A stretch of DNA of 48,599 nucleotides from Octopus bimaculoides (GCF_001194135.2 NC_069001.1:36384091-36432689), one strand, 5' to 3'; positions 11,956 to 24,432 are shown, counted from the stretch's first letter. The notes: generated by a model not told the origin, from the letters alone. Program-made: numbers and translations.

Positions 11956-12480
11956 CATATCTCAATATATCTGTGTGTGTGTGTGTGTACATTTGTCTAT
12001 CTACATGTGTGTGTAAGCATTTGTTTTGTTTGTTTGTCCAAATATATATGTATGTGTGTTAATATATTCATCTATTTGTGTACATGTGTATGTATGTTTC
12101 TTTCTGTATCTGTCTAAGAGTGTATATATACATATGTGTTTATATGTCTAAGCATACATATACTATATGTGTGTGTGTGTGTGTGTGTGTGATACTTCTC
12201 ATTCTATGAAAACTCTAGTTTTATTGACTAACCGAATTCCTAGTCTTTCTTCTGCTTCCATTTCTATCGTCTATCTTCCATTCTTGTCTTCTCTTTCTCT
12301 CTCAGTCATCACAGATTCTGGAACATTCCATTACTGCCATATTAAAGACAACAAAATTTTCCATCTCTTTTTCTCTCTTGGCTTTCTTCACTTGTTGTTG
12401 GTGTTGTTGTCATCATTGTTTTACATGATGGTGGTGATGATGATGGTGGTGGTGATGGTGGTGGTGGTGGTGGTGGTGGT

Positions 12481-13416
12481 GGTCAATCTTGGTGGAATTT
12501 GAACTTAGAGTGTGAAAACGGACAAAGCGCTGCCAAGCATTGTCCTGTGTGCTACCAATTTTGCCAGCTTACTGTCTACCATGGTATAACACCTAAAATT
12601 TTAGGGGTGGGGGTCAGTCGATTCTATTGACCCCAGTGTTCAGCTGGTACTTGCTTCACTGATCCTGAAGGGATGAAAAGCAAAGTCGACCTCAGCAGCA
12701 TTTGAACTCAGAATGTAAAAGCAGATGAACTGCTGTGAAGCATTTCACCAGGTGTGCTAACGATTCTGCCAGCTCACCTCCTTGGATAATAATATTGATG
12801 ATGATAATAATAATAATAATAATAAAAATAATAAAAATAATAATAACAATAATAATCATCATCATCATCCCTTCTACCAAAGGCACAAGGCCTGAAATTT
12901 TGAGGGAGGAGATTAGGTAATTACATCAACCTCAGTGCATAACTGGTACTTAATTTATCTACCCCCCCCCCAAAAGGATCAAAGGCAAAGTCGACCTCGT
13001 CAGAATTTGAACCCAGAATCTAAATACGGACAAAACGTCACTGAGCCTTTTGCCTGACGTGCTAACGGTTCTGCCAGCTCTCCGCCTTATTAATAATAAT
13101 GATGATAATAATAATAATCCTTCCTATTAAAGGCACAAAGCCTGAAATTTGTGGGGAGGGGACTAGTCGATTACATCAACCCCAGTGTTTCACTGGTACT
13201 TAATTTATGAACCCTGAAAGGATGGAAGGCAAAGTCGACCTTGGTGGAATTTGAACTCGGAACGTAAAGATGGACAAAATGCTTCTACATGTTTTACCTG
13301 GCACTCTGACAATTCTACCGGCAAAGTCGACCTTGACAGCATGTGAACTCAGAATGAAAAAAACTGGGGAAAATGCTGCCAACCATTTTGCCCAGCATGC
13401 TAACAATGCCACCGGC
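12481..13416 (-). mobile_element. Head-to-tail array of five SINE family B units with (ATT)n spacers
   Basis: Units at ~12481-12575, 12593-12783, 12870-13088, 13119-13320 and 13321-13416 share AAAGTCGACC...GAATTTGAAC(T/C)CAGAA (B-box, reverse) and GCTAACGATTCTGCCAGCTC (A-box, reverse). Confidence 0.88.
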
Positions 13417-13689
13417 TAATAGTAATAATAATAATAATAATAATGACAATTAGGAGTTGATGAATCAATCAATAAGTTGAATCAATCAATAATAGATATG
13501 AGAAATATAAAGAATATAACACCAGTTTCTAAATGAACCATTCTTGTTCATCATGGAACCAACTGCTGGAAGTAAAAGACTTCCTTTTTGGAAACGTCTT
13601 TTGTTTGTTGCTGAAAATTCTTTACTCACTTTCAATTAGATCATTGCTTTATATAATTAGTCAGGAGAAGAAATAGTTACCAACACCAC

Positions 13690-14110
13690 CTCCATCTCTC
13701 TCTCTCTCTCTCCCCCCCCCCCTCTCACTCTCTCTCTCTCCCTATCTCTCTCTCTCACTTCCTCACTCTCTCATTCTTTCTCACTTCCCATCTCTCATTT
13801 TCTCTTCTTTTCTGTCCCTCCTCCCTCTCCTTCCCCTCTCTCATTCACTGTCTCCATTTCATTCACATTGTTTCTCTCTCTCTCTCTCATTTTTCATTTC
13901 CCACCTCTCCTTCTCTCTTCTTTTCTGTCCCTCCCTCCACCTCTCTCTCTCACTTTCCCCAACTTCTTTCTCATTGTTTTCTCACTCTCCCCTCCTCTTT
14001 CTTCCCCATCTTTTCTCCTCCCCCCTCTCCCTCTCCCTACCCCTATCTACCTTTCTTCCCTTCTGCCTCCCCTCCACTCCATCTCTCTTAGGCCTTTATT
14101 CTCTTAATTA
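13690..14110. repeat. Polypyrimidine (CT-rich) tract
   Basis: Nearly purine-free + strand over ~420 bp. Confidence 0.9.
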
Positions 14111-14258
14111 CAGACCATTCAGGTTCCAAACACACCCACCACAAACAACAATCACTTTTCCTCACAGACCAATCCCACAAAAACATCAATGACTCCCACT
14201 AGGGATCCACTTTGCATCATGTCCCCTGACAGAATGGATAATATGTATACATATATAT

Positions 14259-14460
14259 TTAACTTGTTTCAGTCATTTGACTGTGGCCATGCTGGAGCAC
14301 CGCAAATCGACCCCAGGACTTATTCTTTGTAAGCCTAGTACTTATTCTATCGGTCTCTTTTGCCGAACTGCTAAGTTACAGGGATGTAAACACACCAGCA
14401 TCGGTTGTCAAGCAATGCTGGGGGGACAAACACAGACACACAAACATATAAACACACATA
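14259..14460 (-). mobile_element. SINE family A, 3' half (little diverged)
   Basis: Near-exact reverse complement of 18180-18365. Confidence 0.9.
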
Positions 14461-14529
14461 CATATATACATACATACATACATACATATATATATACAGG
14501 GTACATTTTTCCATAGGCACCAGCCTAAG

Positions 14530-14810
14530 AGAGGTTGTGAAGTTTTCAACAAAACTAAAGAATCTTCACAGCCCAATGCTTAACAGAAGTGGGTGCTTAA
14601 CAATATCTAACTGGGTGCAAGTACTGGAAAGGGAGTTAGATCTTCAGCAACACTGAAGGACCTTCACAGCCCTGCATTTAACAGAACGGGTACTTAGTTG
14701 TATTTAACAGCAAGCATTTGTTTTTTTTTCATGGCACCCACACCAATAGGGTAGTTAAGTCTTCGGCAAGGCCAAAAGATCCTCAAAACTACTCACACTT
14801 AAGAAAGAAT
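14530..14810. repeat. Degenerate tandem repeat, ~98-120-bp period, 3 units
   Basis: CTTCACAGCCC at 14564 and 14662; third, weaker unit TCTTCGGCAAGGCCAAAAGATCCTCAAAAC at ~14760-14790. Confidence 0.65.
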
Positions 14811-15517
14811 GGAAAAGGGTGAGAGAGAGAGAGGGGGGTGGATTGCAAGAGGCGGATGAAACGGTGAGGGTGAGTGATGAATGTCAATGCCAAAGTATAG
14901 GTGGAGTGTAAGACGCACAGACACAAAACATTATTGAAATATTGTAGCTTTCAAAACAGCTTTTGATAAGATCAGAAATGGTCTGGCATGGAAGAAATTC
15001 AGATAAACGAAATAACTGTACAGCAGCCATGTGGGGGGATTGAACGGAGAGAGAGAGAGAGATGCGTTTGGTATATCCAGCTTTGCGAAAATTCCTTAAG
15101 CTTTTTGTAATGCCATATTGTGTCTCCATGAAGTCTAATCTGGTCAGAGCCAGAGAGACAGAGATCAATATTGGTGGCACAGGACATGTGTATGATGGTG
15201 GAACTATTTTGGATACAAAGTTAAATGATGTGTAATGTCTCTTATTGCATCAACTATCTATTGATATGTATATATGTATATGTATATATATATATAGACA
15301 TACACACACACCGAGAGATATATATACTTCTTTGTATGTAGATAAATGCATATAATATTTAAATATGCATATATGTATGTATATGTGTGTGTGTGTATAT
15401 CAAAATATGTGAGTGTATATATTTATATATATATACATATAATCATATGTATACATGTATATTTGTATGTATGCATGTGTACATAGCAATATGCATATGT
15501 ATATATTATATGTATAT

Positions 15518-15560
<43 letters not shown>

Positions 15561-15582
15561 TATACATACATATATATATATT

Positions 15583-15615
<33 letters not shown>

Positions 15616-15894
15616 GCATGATCATATGTAAACACACATACACACACACACACATATAAACATCATCAACGAAGTGTGGTGGTGGTGAGCAAGGGGCTCG
15701 AGTGCATTGAGTGAACTGAGATGGAATCAGTACACAACTTCCTAGTCCGGAGGAGCAGGAGCTGTAGTAGTAGCAGTGTCAGAAGAGACCACGAGGGATG
15801 AGGAAAGAGAAGCAGGTGCAGCAAACAGCAGGTCTGTAAGCCAACAGATATGTATGTATGTATATATGTATATATATATGTGTGCATGTGTGTG

Positions 15895-15943
<49 letters not shown>

Positions 15944-16838
15944 GTGTGTGTATATAGTGTGTGAGTTGAGCAAGGCTTCGTCAATCCCTCTGGACGGACA
16001 TATTTTGTGTGAAGTTTTACTAATTGAATAACTTTGTAATATGGATCGTATTCGTTGCTTTGAAGAGAGTTAATGACTGATGAAGGTTAAAGAATTATTT
16101 CATGGCCTCAAAGTAGATGTTTGGTCCTTTGTGAAGCAGTTTTCGCCTATGCTGTAGGGTTGAGGGGTTAAACTGACGTTTGTCTTGTATTCATCTGTTA
16201 CACACACCATGGCCTAAATTTCACTCTGTGTCTCTGTAACATGTGTGTATACATACATAGATGTGTGTGTTCATGTGTGTATGTACATATGTTTATGCAT
16301 ATATATATATATACACACACACACACATGCACATGCTTCTGTTTCTATGTGTATACGTATACATATATAAACAGACATAGATAGAAATATATATATATTA
16401 CAATTACATACATATTTACCCACATACATATACATACTGTGAGATACGTGTGTGTGTGTGTGTGTGTCCATCATATGCATATGTGTATATACATACACAC
16501 ACACACATTTCTGTTTTTATGTATATCCATATACATACTTATATAAACAGACATAGACGCATATATATATATATATATTATAGTCACATAGGTATATATT
16601 TACATACATACATGTATAAATATCCATAGATACAATGTTTTTGTGTGTGTGTGTGTGTACACATATATATCATCATCATCATCATCATCATATAATGTCC
16701 GTTTTCCATGTTGACATCAGTATATGCACAAGCATACAAACACACATACACACATATATTCATGCATTATACTTATTTTGCATATTTATATAGCCATACA
16801 CTTTAACACAGTCACACACACATGCATGCATATATCTT

Positions 16839-16896
<58 letters not shown>

Positions 16897-17386
16897 CACA
16901 TACACACTCACACACATACACGTATATATGTATATATGTAAGTATGTGTGTGTGTGGATGTATATTGATTTAGTTGTAAAATGTAAATTAAAGTATCCTT
17001 TTTTTGTGTATATAAATACATACAAATACATATATATATATGTATATACACACACACACATACATGCAGTTAAAAAGACAAAAAAGACTGTCAAGAGAGA
17101 CGAAAACAAGCTAATTTTGAAAATCAAGTCTTTTTTGGATAAATTCTGTTATTGTTGTTGTTGTTCTTCTTCTTCTCAATCATGAGCTGAGTGTTAACTA
17201 AACTATGGCATTTCGACTGATTTGTTCCGGCATTGTGTAGAAACACCAGGGAGAAGGAAATAAGGAAGGAAGGAAGGAAGGAAGGTTTAGACTCGAGGTC
17301 GACAAAATTGGAACAGACCATACAGAAGTACCTAATGAAAAATAAAACAATGCAGAAAACACACACACAAGCAAAATAAATAAACG

Positions 17387-17426
<40 letters not shown>

Positions 17427-17575
17427 GATGATCGAGATGATGGTCGTAATTGTTGGAAAATGTAATAATTCTCAAGTTACATTTCAAAAACAATATAATC
17501 AATAACACGAGTCATTGTATTGGAAATATCTACAAATTTCTATCATTCTGATTTTTGCTGTTGTTATTGTTGTTG

Positions 17576-17613
<38 letters not shown>

Positions 17614-18039
17614 CATCAGCATTGAAATATCATCGTCATTATTCTTAATATTATTATCATAAGTATCATATTAAATAAATCCTCACACTCGATGTCTATT
17701 TTTGTATTGTCCCCTCTCATTATTATTATTATTATTATATCATTGTGTGTGTGTGTGTGTTTTTGTTTTTTTTTATTTTATTTCTGTTGTTTTTGGTAAG
17801 CCATAATTTTTTTTTTAATCAAATTCACTCTTTGTTTGTAGGGAGAGTTTTATCGGATAATTTCTGCAAGTTTGAATTCTGTTTCTATTCAGTTTTGGTA
17901 AATGTTGAAATGGAAGAGGAATAATTGAGTTAATTGTCGTATTTCACAAATATTTCAATTGAAATGATGCAGTTTCAATTCTGAGTTTCGGTTCTGGTGT
18001 TTTTGGTTTTGTCTTTTTCTCTACAGTTTATTTATACAC

Positions 18040-18386
18040 ACACTTCTACTATAGCCTCGGGCTGACCAAAGCCTTGTGAGTGGATTTGGTAGACGGAAAC
18101 TGAAAGAAGCCCATCGCATATATGTATATGTATATATATATATATGTGTGTGTGTGTTTGTGTGTATATGTTTGTGTGTCTGTGTTTGTCCCCCCAACAT
18201 CGCTTGACAACCGATGGTGGTGTGTTTACGTCCCCATAACTTAGCGGTTTGGCAAAAGAGATCGATAGAATAAGTACTAGGCTTACAACGAATAAGTCCT
18301 GGGGTCGATTTGCTTGACTAAAGGCAGTGCTCCAGCATGGCCACAGTCAAATGACTGAAACAAGTAAAAGAGTGAAAAAGAGTAAA
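18040..18386 (+). mobile_element. SINE family A, 5'-truncated young copy
   Basis: Core, internal (TA)/(TG)n, body and tail GCTCCAGCATGGCCACAGTCAAATGACTGAAACAAGTAAAAGAG; CpGs retained. Confidence 0.92.
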
Positions 18387-18428
18387 ACATCTGAATCAGA
18401 TTTCTGGATTTTGTTTTTGCCTTTTTGG

Positions 18429-18890
18429 GGTTTTATAAATAGATGAAACTAGACAAAGAAGTTTATTAAAAGCTTGTTTCCTGTCCCCTTTTGTTTTCTG
18501 TATAAACGCTTTCTCAGAGATCACAAGAGGCAGTAGCTAAACCCTTTTGAAACCACATAATCAATCCATTCAGTCTGTTTGTTAGAATGCTGAGATATAT
18601 CTTTTGATTCCCCACCACTACCAATGCCCCACTGACTCTCAGCCATTGAGTGAAATTATACTTTTTGATATAGCTCTCATTAACCAGCCACCAAAAATTC
18701 TGAAACTTGCCTCTGCTGTTTTGGTTTTATAAATAGAAGAAACTAGACAAAGAAATTTATTAAAACGTGTTTCATGTTTGATTTTTGTTTGCTGCGTTTT
18801 TCTGTATATACACTTTTTCAGAGATCACAGGAGGCAGTTGATGGGTCCTGTTGCAACTCAATACTATATAACAAGCAAATCAATCCATTC
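18429..18890. repeat. Diverged tandem duplication (~294-bp offset)
   Basis: GGTTTTATAAATAGA.GAAACTAGACAAAGAA at 18429 and 18723; shared CAGAGATCACA.GAGGCAGT and AATCAATCCATTC. Confidence 0.85.
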
Positions 18891-20295
18891 GCTTTTTGTT
18901 TTGTCATAATGCCGAGTTGCGTCTTTCCATTCAACACCACCACCACCACAATCCCCCCNNNNNNNNNNNNNNNNNNNNNNNNNNNNNNNNNNNNNNNNNN
19001 NNNNNNNNNNNNNNNNNNNNNNNNNNNNNNNNNNNNNNNNNNNNNNNNNNNNNNNNNNNNNNNNNNNNNNNNNNNNNNNNNNNNNNNNNNNNNNNNNNNN
19101 NNNNNNNNNNNNNNNNNNNNNNNNNNNNNNNNNNNNNNNNNNNNNNNNNNNNNNNNNNNNNNNNNNNNNNNNNNNNNNNNNNNNNNNNNNNNNNNNNNNN
19201 NNNNNNNNNNNNNNNNNNNNNNNNNNNNNNNNNNNNNNNNNNNNNNNNNNNNNNNNNNNNNNNNNNNNNNNNNNNNNNNNNNNNNNNNNNNNNNNNNNNN
19301 NNNNNNNNNNNNNNNNNNNNNNNNNNNNNNNNNNNNNNNNNNNNNNNNNNNNNNNNNNNNNNNNNNNNNNNNNNNNNNNNNNNNNNNNNNNNNNNNNNNN
19401 NNNNNNNNNNNNNNNNNNNNNNNNNNNNNNNNNNNNNNNNNNNNNNNNNNNNNNNNNNNNNNNNNNNNNNNNNNNNNNNNNNNNNNNNNNNNNNNNNNNN
19501 NNNNNNNNNNNNNNNNNNNNNNNNNNNNNNNNNNNNNNNNNNNNNNNNNNNNNNNNNNNNNNNNNNNNNNNNNNNNNNNNNNNNNNNNNNNNNNNNNNNN
19601 NNNNNNNNNNNNNNNNNNNNNNNNNNNNNNNNNNNNNNNNNNNNNNNNNNNNNNNNNNNNNNNNNNNGTGGTGGTGGTGATCATTGTTATGTGGTAGTTG
19701 TTGTTGTTGTGGTGATGTTAATGATGGTGGTAGTGGTGGTGGTGGTGGTGGTGGTGGTTGTGCTAGTCGTCGTCATTGTTGTGGTAATGTTGATGATAGT
19801 GATGGTGGTGGTGGTGGTAGTGGTGTTGGTGGAGTCTTTCCTTTTATTTTTGTGCTTTTTTTCTTTTTCCTTTTGTCTTTCTCCAAACGATTTGTCTATC
19901 ATTACGTTTTGTTTTCCTTTTGTTGTTTCCTTTTTTTTTGTCTTTTGTTTGTTTGTTGCTGTTGTTGTTGTTGTTTTTTCCTGCAAACTTCTCTAAAATG
20001 TCAGCCATTCTCTCCTGAGCTGGAATTACAGACATCAGCATTAAATTATTACCAAAAATACCAAACTTGGATTTCCCTTGGCACCAACTCTTTCAAATAG
20101 TAATTTACTGCACTTACTTCAGCTTATGTATATTGCAGGGATGTACGTACGTGTGCACACGTGTGTGTGCATGTGTGCGTACATACACGTGTGTGTGTGT
20201 GTGTGTGTGTGTGTGAAGTATGAATGCATATAAAGGTAAGTTTTCATGTGAGCATGTTTGTACACATATAAGTAGGTAGATGTGTATGTATGTAT

Positions 20296-20546
20296 AGGGT
20301 CGTGAGTTCAATTCCCGGTGATGCTTCGTGTCCTTGTGCAAGACACTTTTTTTCATGTTGCCCCAGTCCACTGAGCTGGCAAAAATGAGTTGTACCTGTT
20401 ATTCAAAGAACTGGCTTTGTCACACTCTGTCTCATGTTGAACCTCCCTGAGAAGTATGTGAAGAAGTACATGAGTCTGTGGAGTGCTCAGCCACTTGCAC
20501 GTTAATCTCATGAGCAAGCTGTTCTGTTAATCAGATCAACTGGAAC
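20296..20546 (+). mobile_element. tRNA-derived SINE family E (older copy)
   Basis: B-box GAGTTCAATTCCC, then GTCCTTGTGCAAGACACTT...CCAGTCCACTGAGCTGGCAAAAATGAGT; the 3' part matches 41923-42082. Confidence 0.8.
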
Positions 20547-20550
20547 AAAT

Positions 20551-20822
20551 TGACCCAAGGACTTATTCTTTGTAAGCCCAGTACTTATTCTATCAGTCTC
20601 TTTTGCCGAACTGCTAGGTGACAGGGACATGAATACACCAACATCGGTTGTCAAGCAATGGTGGTGGGGACAAACACAGACACACAAATATGTACATACA
20701 CACACACACACCCACACACACACACACATATATACAGTATATATGATGGGCTTCTTTCAGTTTCTATCTACCTAGTCCACTCGCAAGACTTGGTTGGCCT
20801 GAGGCTATAGTAAAAGACACTT
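20551..20822 (-). mobile_element. SINE family A (body + core)
   Basis: Reverse complement of 18040-18310. Confidence 0.9.
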
Positions 20823-20861
20823 TGGAAATAATATATATTTTTCACAACGGAATTAAAATGT

Positions 20862-21165
20862 GAAGACGTGTGGCTGAGTGGTTACGCTTGTTGCACTCAC
20901 AATCATGAGGTCGTAGGTTCAATTCCCAACCGATTGTACATTGTACTCTTGACTAAAGCAATTTCACAATACTCCAGTCCATTTGGCTGTAAATAGGTGA
21001 CCCTGCGATGGAACGGCCTTGCGCCTTGCGATCAGGGGCAATGTTGGCCTACTTGCCTAGCCAGCCAGGTGGCATCATATGAAAGCAAAAGAAACAGGAC
21101 AAAGCACATTGTGACCAGTGATGCATGACAACATCTGACAGTCTGGTCGATCACATGACCACATA
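20862..21165 (+). mobile_element. tRNA-derived SINE with Meta-like central domain
   Basis: A-box TGGCTGAGTGG and B-box GGTTCAATTCCC; CTCCAGTCCA...GCTGTAAATAGGT...CCCTGCGATGGA resembles, from memory, the MetaSINE central domain. Confidence 0.65.
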
Positions 21166-21571
21166 ACCAAAATAATATTTCTACATATTTTTGAAAAATA
21201 ATTTACACATAGCTTCATAAAGTCTTTGACATCTTGTGTTGTCATTAAAGAAATGGAAGCACAGAAGACAAGGAAAATGCAAGAATCTACTCACAAACGC
21301 CATAAATTTCATAATTTCCTTTCTATCCTAATTACCATTTTTTTTTGTTTGTTACTTTTAAAGAAAAAAGAAGACATTATCAAGCATGAAATTACTTATG
21401 TTTATTTATTAATTTTTTTGTTTGTTTATTTGTTTGTAATTTGTTGTTTTTTTTTGGTGGGGGGGGGGTAGTATCATAAATCAAAGAATATTTTGATATA
21501 TTTTATTTTTGTTGAATTTAGAATTAAATATTAGCGTCTTGCGGAAAACTTACATAAGCAAATATATATAC

Positions 21572-21603
<32 letters not shown>

Positions 21604-22005
21604 CTTTTAAATTTGTTTACACACACAGAATTTGTGATGGAGAGCAGGCGATGGGTGGGAATTATGTTCTGGGAACGTTGAAAAACAAACTGGAATACTA
21701 TGTTTACTGTCTTGGATAAATGGAATTAACTTATATAATGATATCAGTGCGCATTCCACATTTTTCTTAGAGGAATATAAATGTACTATCACCATCATCG
21801 TCATCATCATCATCATTATTATTATTATTATTATTATTATCATTATTATTATTATTTCTTTTTGTACATGATTACATGATTGCTCTCTTATCTTATTCTG
21901 CTCAGTTTCTTGCATTGTAAACAAGACAAAGTATGTCACACATAAATGTGTGTGTGTGTATACACACACACACACACACACACATTTAAATATATGCTCA
22001 TGTAC

Positions 22006-22044
<39 letters not shown>

Positions 22045-22085
22045 NNNNNNNNNNTACATGACATTATATATATATGTACATACAC

Positions 22086-22124
<39 letters not shown>

Positions 22125-22329
22125 TGTGTGTTCAAATGTTCCAAGAGTCCCAAAAGTTTCTGTGTCTGAATTTGTTTTGAATGGATGAAGTGTTACACAA
22201 AACTGAACCAACATTTTTGGTGCAATCAGCTCTAAGACCATTGATGCTGAGAAAACTAGAAACTGACCACACTTGAGATATTTTTAAGTTTCCCTTCACC
22301 TAATTGGGAATTCACGTAACAGGGACCCA

Positions 22330-22515
22330 TGCCAGTGACACATAAAAAGCACCCATTACACTCTTGGAGTGATTGGCATTAGGAAGGGCATCCAGTCAAA
22401 GAAACCATGCCAAATCAGGCTGGAAGTTGGTGCAACCTCTAGCTTACCAGCTCCAGTCAAACTGTCTGACCCATGCCAGCATGGAAAGCAGACACTAAAT
22501 GATGATGATGATGAT
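22330..22515 (+). mobile_element. Family C retroposon 3' end
   Basis: AGGAAGGGCATCCAG...CCCATGCCAGCATGGAAAGCAGACACTAAAT(GAT)n. Confidence 0.85.
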
Positions 22516-22788
22516 AGATAAATAGATAGACACACAGACAGATAGATAAATGATATAAAATGGAATTAACAACATTCTTTATTTAAAATCACTACAATTG
22601 CTTTGAGAAATTCTTATGCCTTTAGTACATCTGATAGCCGATAACCGTGGACAAGCTTTGCATAACATTTTACAAGGTTTTCACCTGAATCTTACTTAAA
22701 TATATATATACATGCATGTATGTATGCGCATACAAAATACATGTATGTTCATGTTTCCTCTCCTATCTGATGAAACAGATTTATTATC

Positions 22789-22940
22789 AAAGCCAATCCA
22801 ACCATGACTATCCTGTTGTTTTAGATATGTCTTGGACCAAAGTATCTAATGAGCTGTTAATCTTTGCTCTTTTTTTTTCTTTTTCATAAAATCACTAGGG
22901 TGTGAAATACAAGGGGTTTTGGCTGCTATTTCTAGAAAGT
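22789..22940 (+). repeat. Unclassified interspersed repeat family D
   Basis: CCAACCATGACTATCC ... TTTGGCTGCTATTTCTAG, shared with 26135-26272 and 41030-41680. Confidence 0.6.
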
Positions 22941-23482
22941 CACATATCAATGTATCTACATTTGTCTGTATCTATGAACTTCGTTGCCAACCCACACATA
23001 CATACATACATGCACACCCCACACACACAATTTCTATTCCAAAATAGTTGTTCTCTTGACATCAGATTTCTCAGATCTGTTGTACTCTTCACATTGAGAA
23101 TCTATTCATGTAAGCCGGTTCCTTACCTTTTTGGTAACATATTGATTTTTAAGGCGCCACCAAGTTTAGTTTAGTTTGTTTTGGTGAATGGGTATATTCC
23201 AGTGCTTCACCTGCCCACTTCCTCACCTACCATGGGTTGCGACCTAAATTAGGTCACGACCTAATTCAAGTTTGTAGCACAAATTCACAGAAAGAGATAG
23301 AAATTTTTTTATATTTTTTTTTTAAATATTCTGTAAAAACGGAATATTCAGGAATAACAGAATAAACCTTAGGTAAGGTCTCTAACATGACAACTACCAC
23401 TAGCATTACAACACTACCACCACATCACTGACATTACCACCACTACCAACAACAACAACAACAACAGCAACTACTATCATTC

Positions 23483-23525
<43 letters not shown>

Positions 23526-24432
23526 AAATTTATTTAGAACCCCTTCTTCAGTCTTTATATATCTCCTTTGTTCATATTTTCAATACTGAAACCATTTAAT
23601 GTCCTCCATTAAACTTTCGCTACTGTTATCAGTTTCTGTTGGTTTTCCTTTTGGCTTTTTTTAAAAGATGAAATAATGGTAAAGAGGAATAAGAAATCAG
23701 TGAATCTTTCTGCCAAGTTACCAAAGGCTATTGTTCGTTCAATTCTTCTGCTGGTTCCTTTGTTATAAGGCATCACAGTTTTAAGGAGTTGCAATAGAAT
23801 TATAAAGACTTTTTCAGACTGGCATTTTTTAAGCAATTCCTTAGTTGTATATATATTTTTTTTTAAATTAACACAATATATATATATATATACACATGTA
23901 TGTATACAGATCCACATACACCACACATGCATACACATATATACATGCTTGTATGCATACATACATGCACATGTATGTACATCATACACATACACGTGCA
24001 TATGCATGTATACAGGGCAGAATTAGTTAGATCTAGAAGTAAAAATCCACCCACTTATTTTGAAATGGGACAGTGGCATAAATTTTGGGATAGGTAAATT
24101 CTTCCTTTCTTCAGAGCTAAAATTACCAAAATCGGTTTGAAGCTTTTCACTGGAACAGATTATCTGAAATTATAACCATCACTTGTAAGCGAGTATGGCT
24201 GTGTAATGTCTCATACTTACACTCATTGTTGCAGGAATCTGTGAAATCACAAGGAAATATAAATACTCAGTTGGCTCATCCTTCCTTGACCCTATAGAAT
24301 ATCGAGGATGTGACAGCATAAAACTGCTGCGTTCTCTACTGTAGCCCGACTCAATCACTAGTGCAAGAAGCATGAGGTCACTAGGCATCCTACACAAATG
24401 AGGTCACTTGGAAACGACATGGTGACCTCATT

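Noticed and set aside
12481-13416. tRNA gene cluster
   Set aside because: A/B boxes belong to SINE heads that continue into shared non-tRNA bodies; I could not fold a cloverleaf.
14530-14700. Penelope GIY-YIG endonuclease C-terminus (LHSPMLNRSG vs PSLNR-GG)
   Set aside because: Similarity is limited to a few residues; frames are broken and no RT or other GIY-YIG motifs are present.
17692-17801. Phase-2 mini-ORF ending at TG|GTAAGC as an alternative first exon
   Set aside because: The ORF is made of (ATT)n, (TG)n and poly-T, giving an implausible hydrophobic low-complexity peptide. It shows how easily phase matches arise by chance.
20225-20241. Perfect donor AAG|GTAAGT
   Set aside because: Embedded in CA/TG-repeat sequence with no upstream acceptor or plausible exon; the nearest ATG gives phase 1.
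23195-23275. hAT-MITE left end (GGGTTGCGACC…GGTCACGACC)
   Set aside because: Too short and degenerate, with no matching TIR or TSD.
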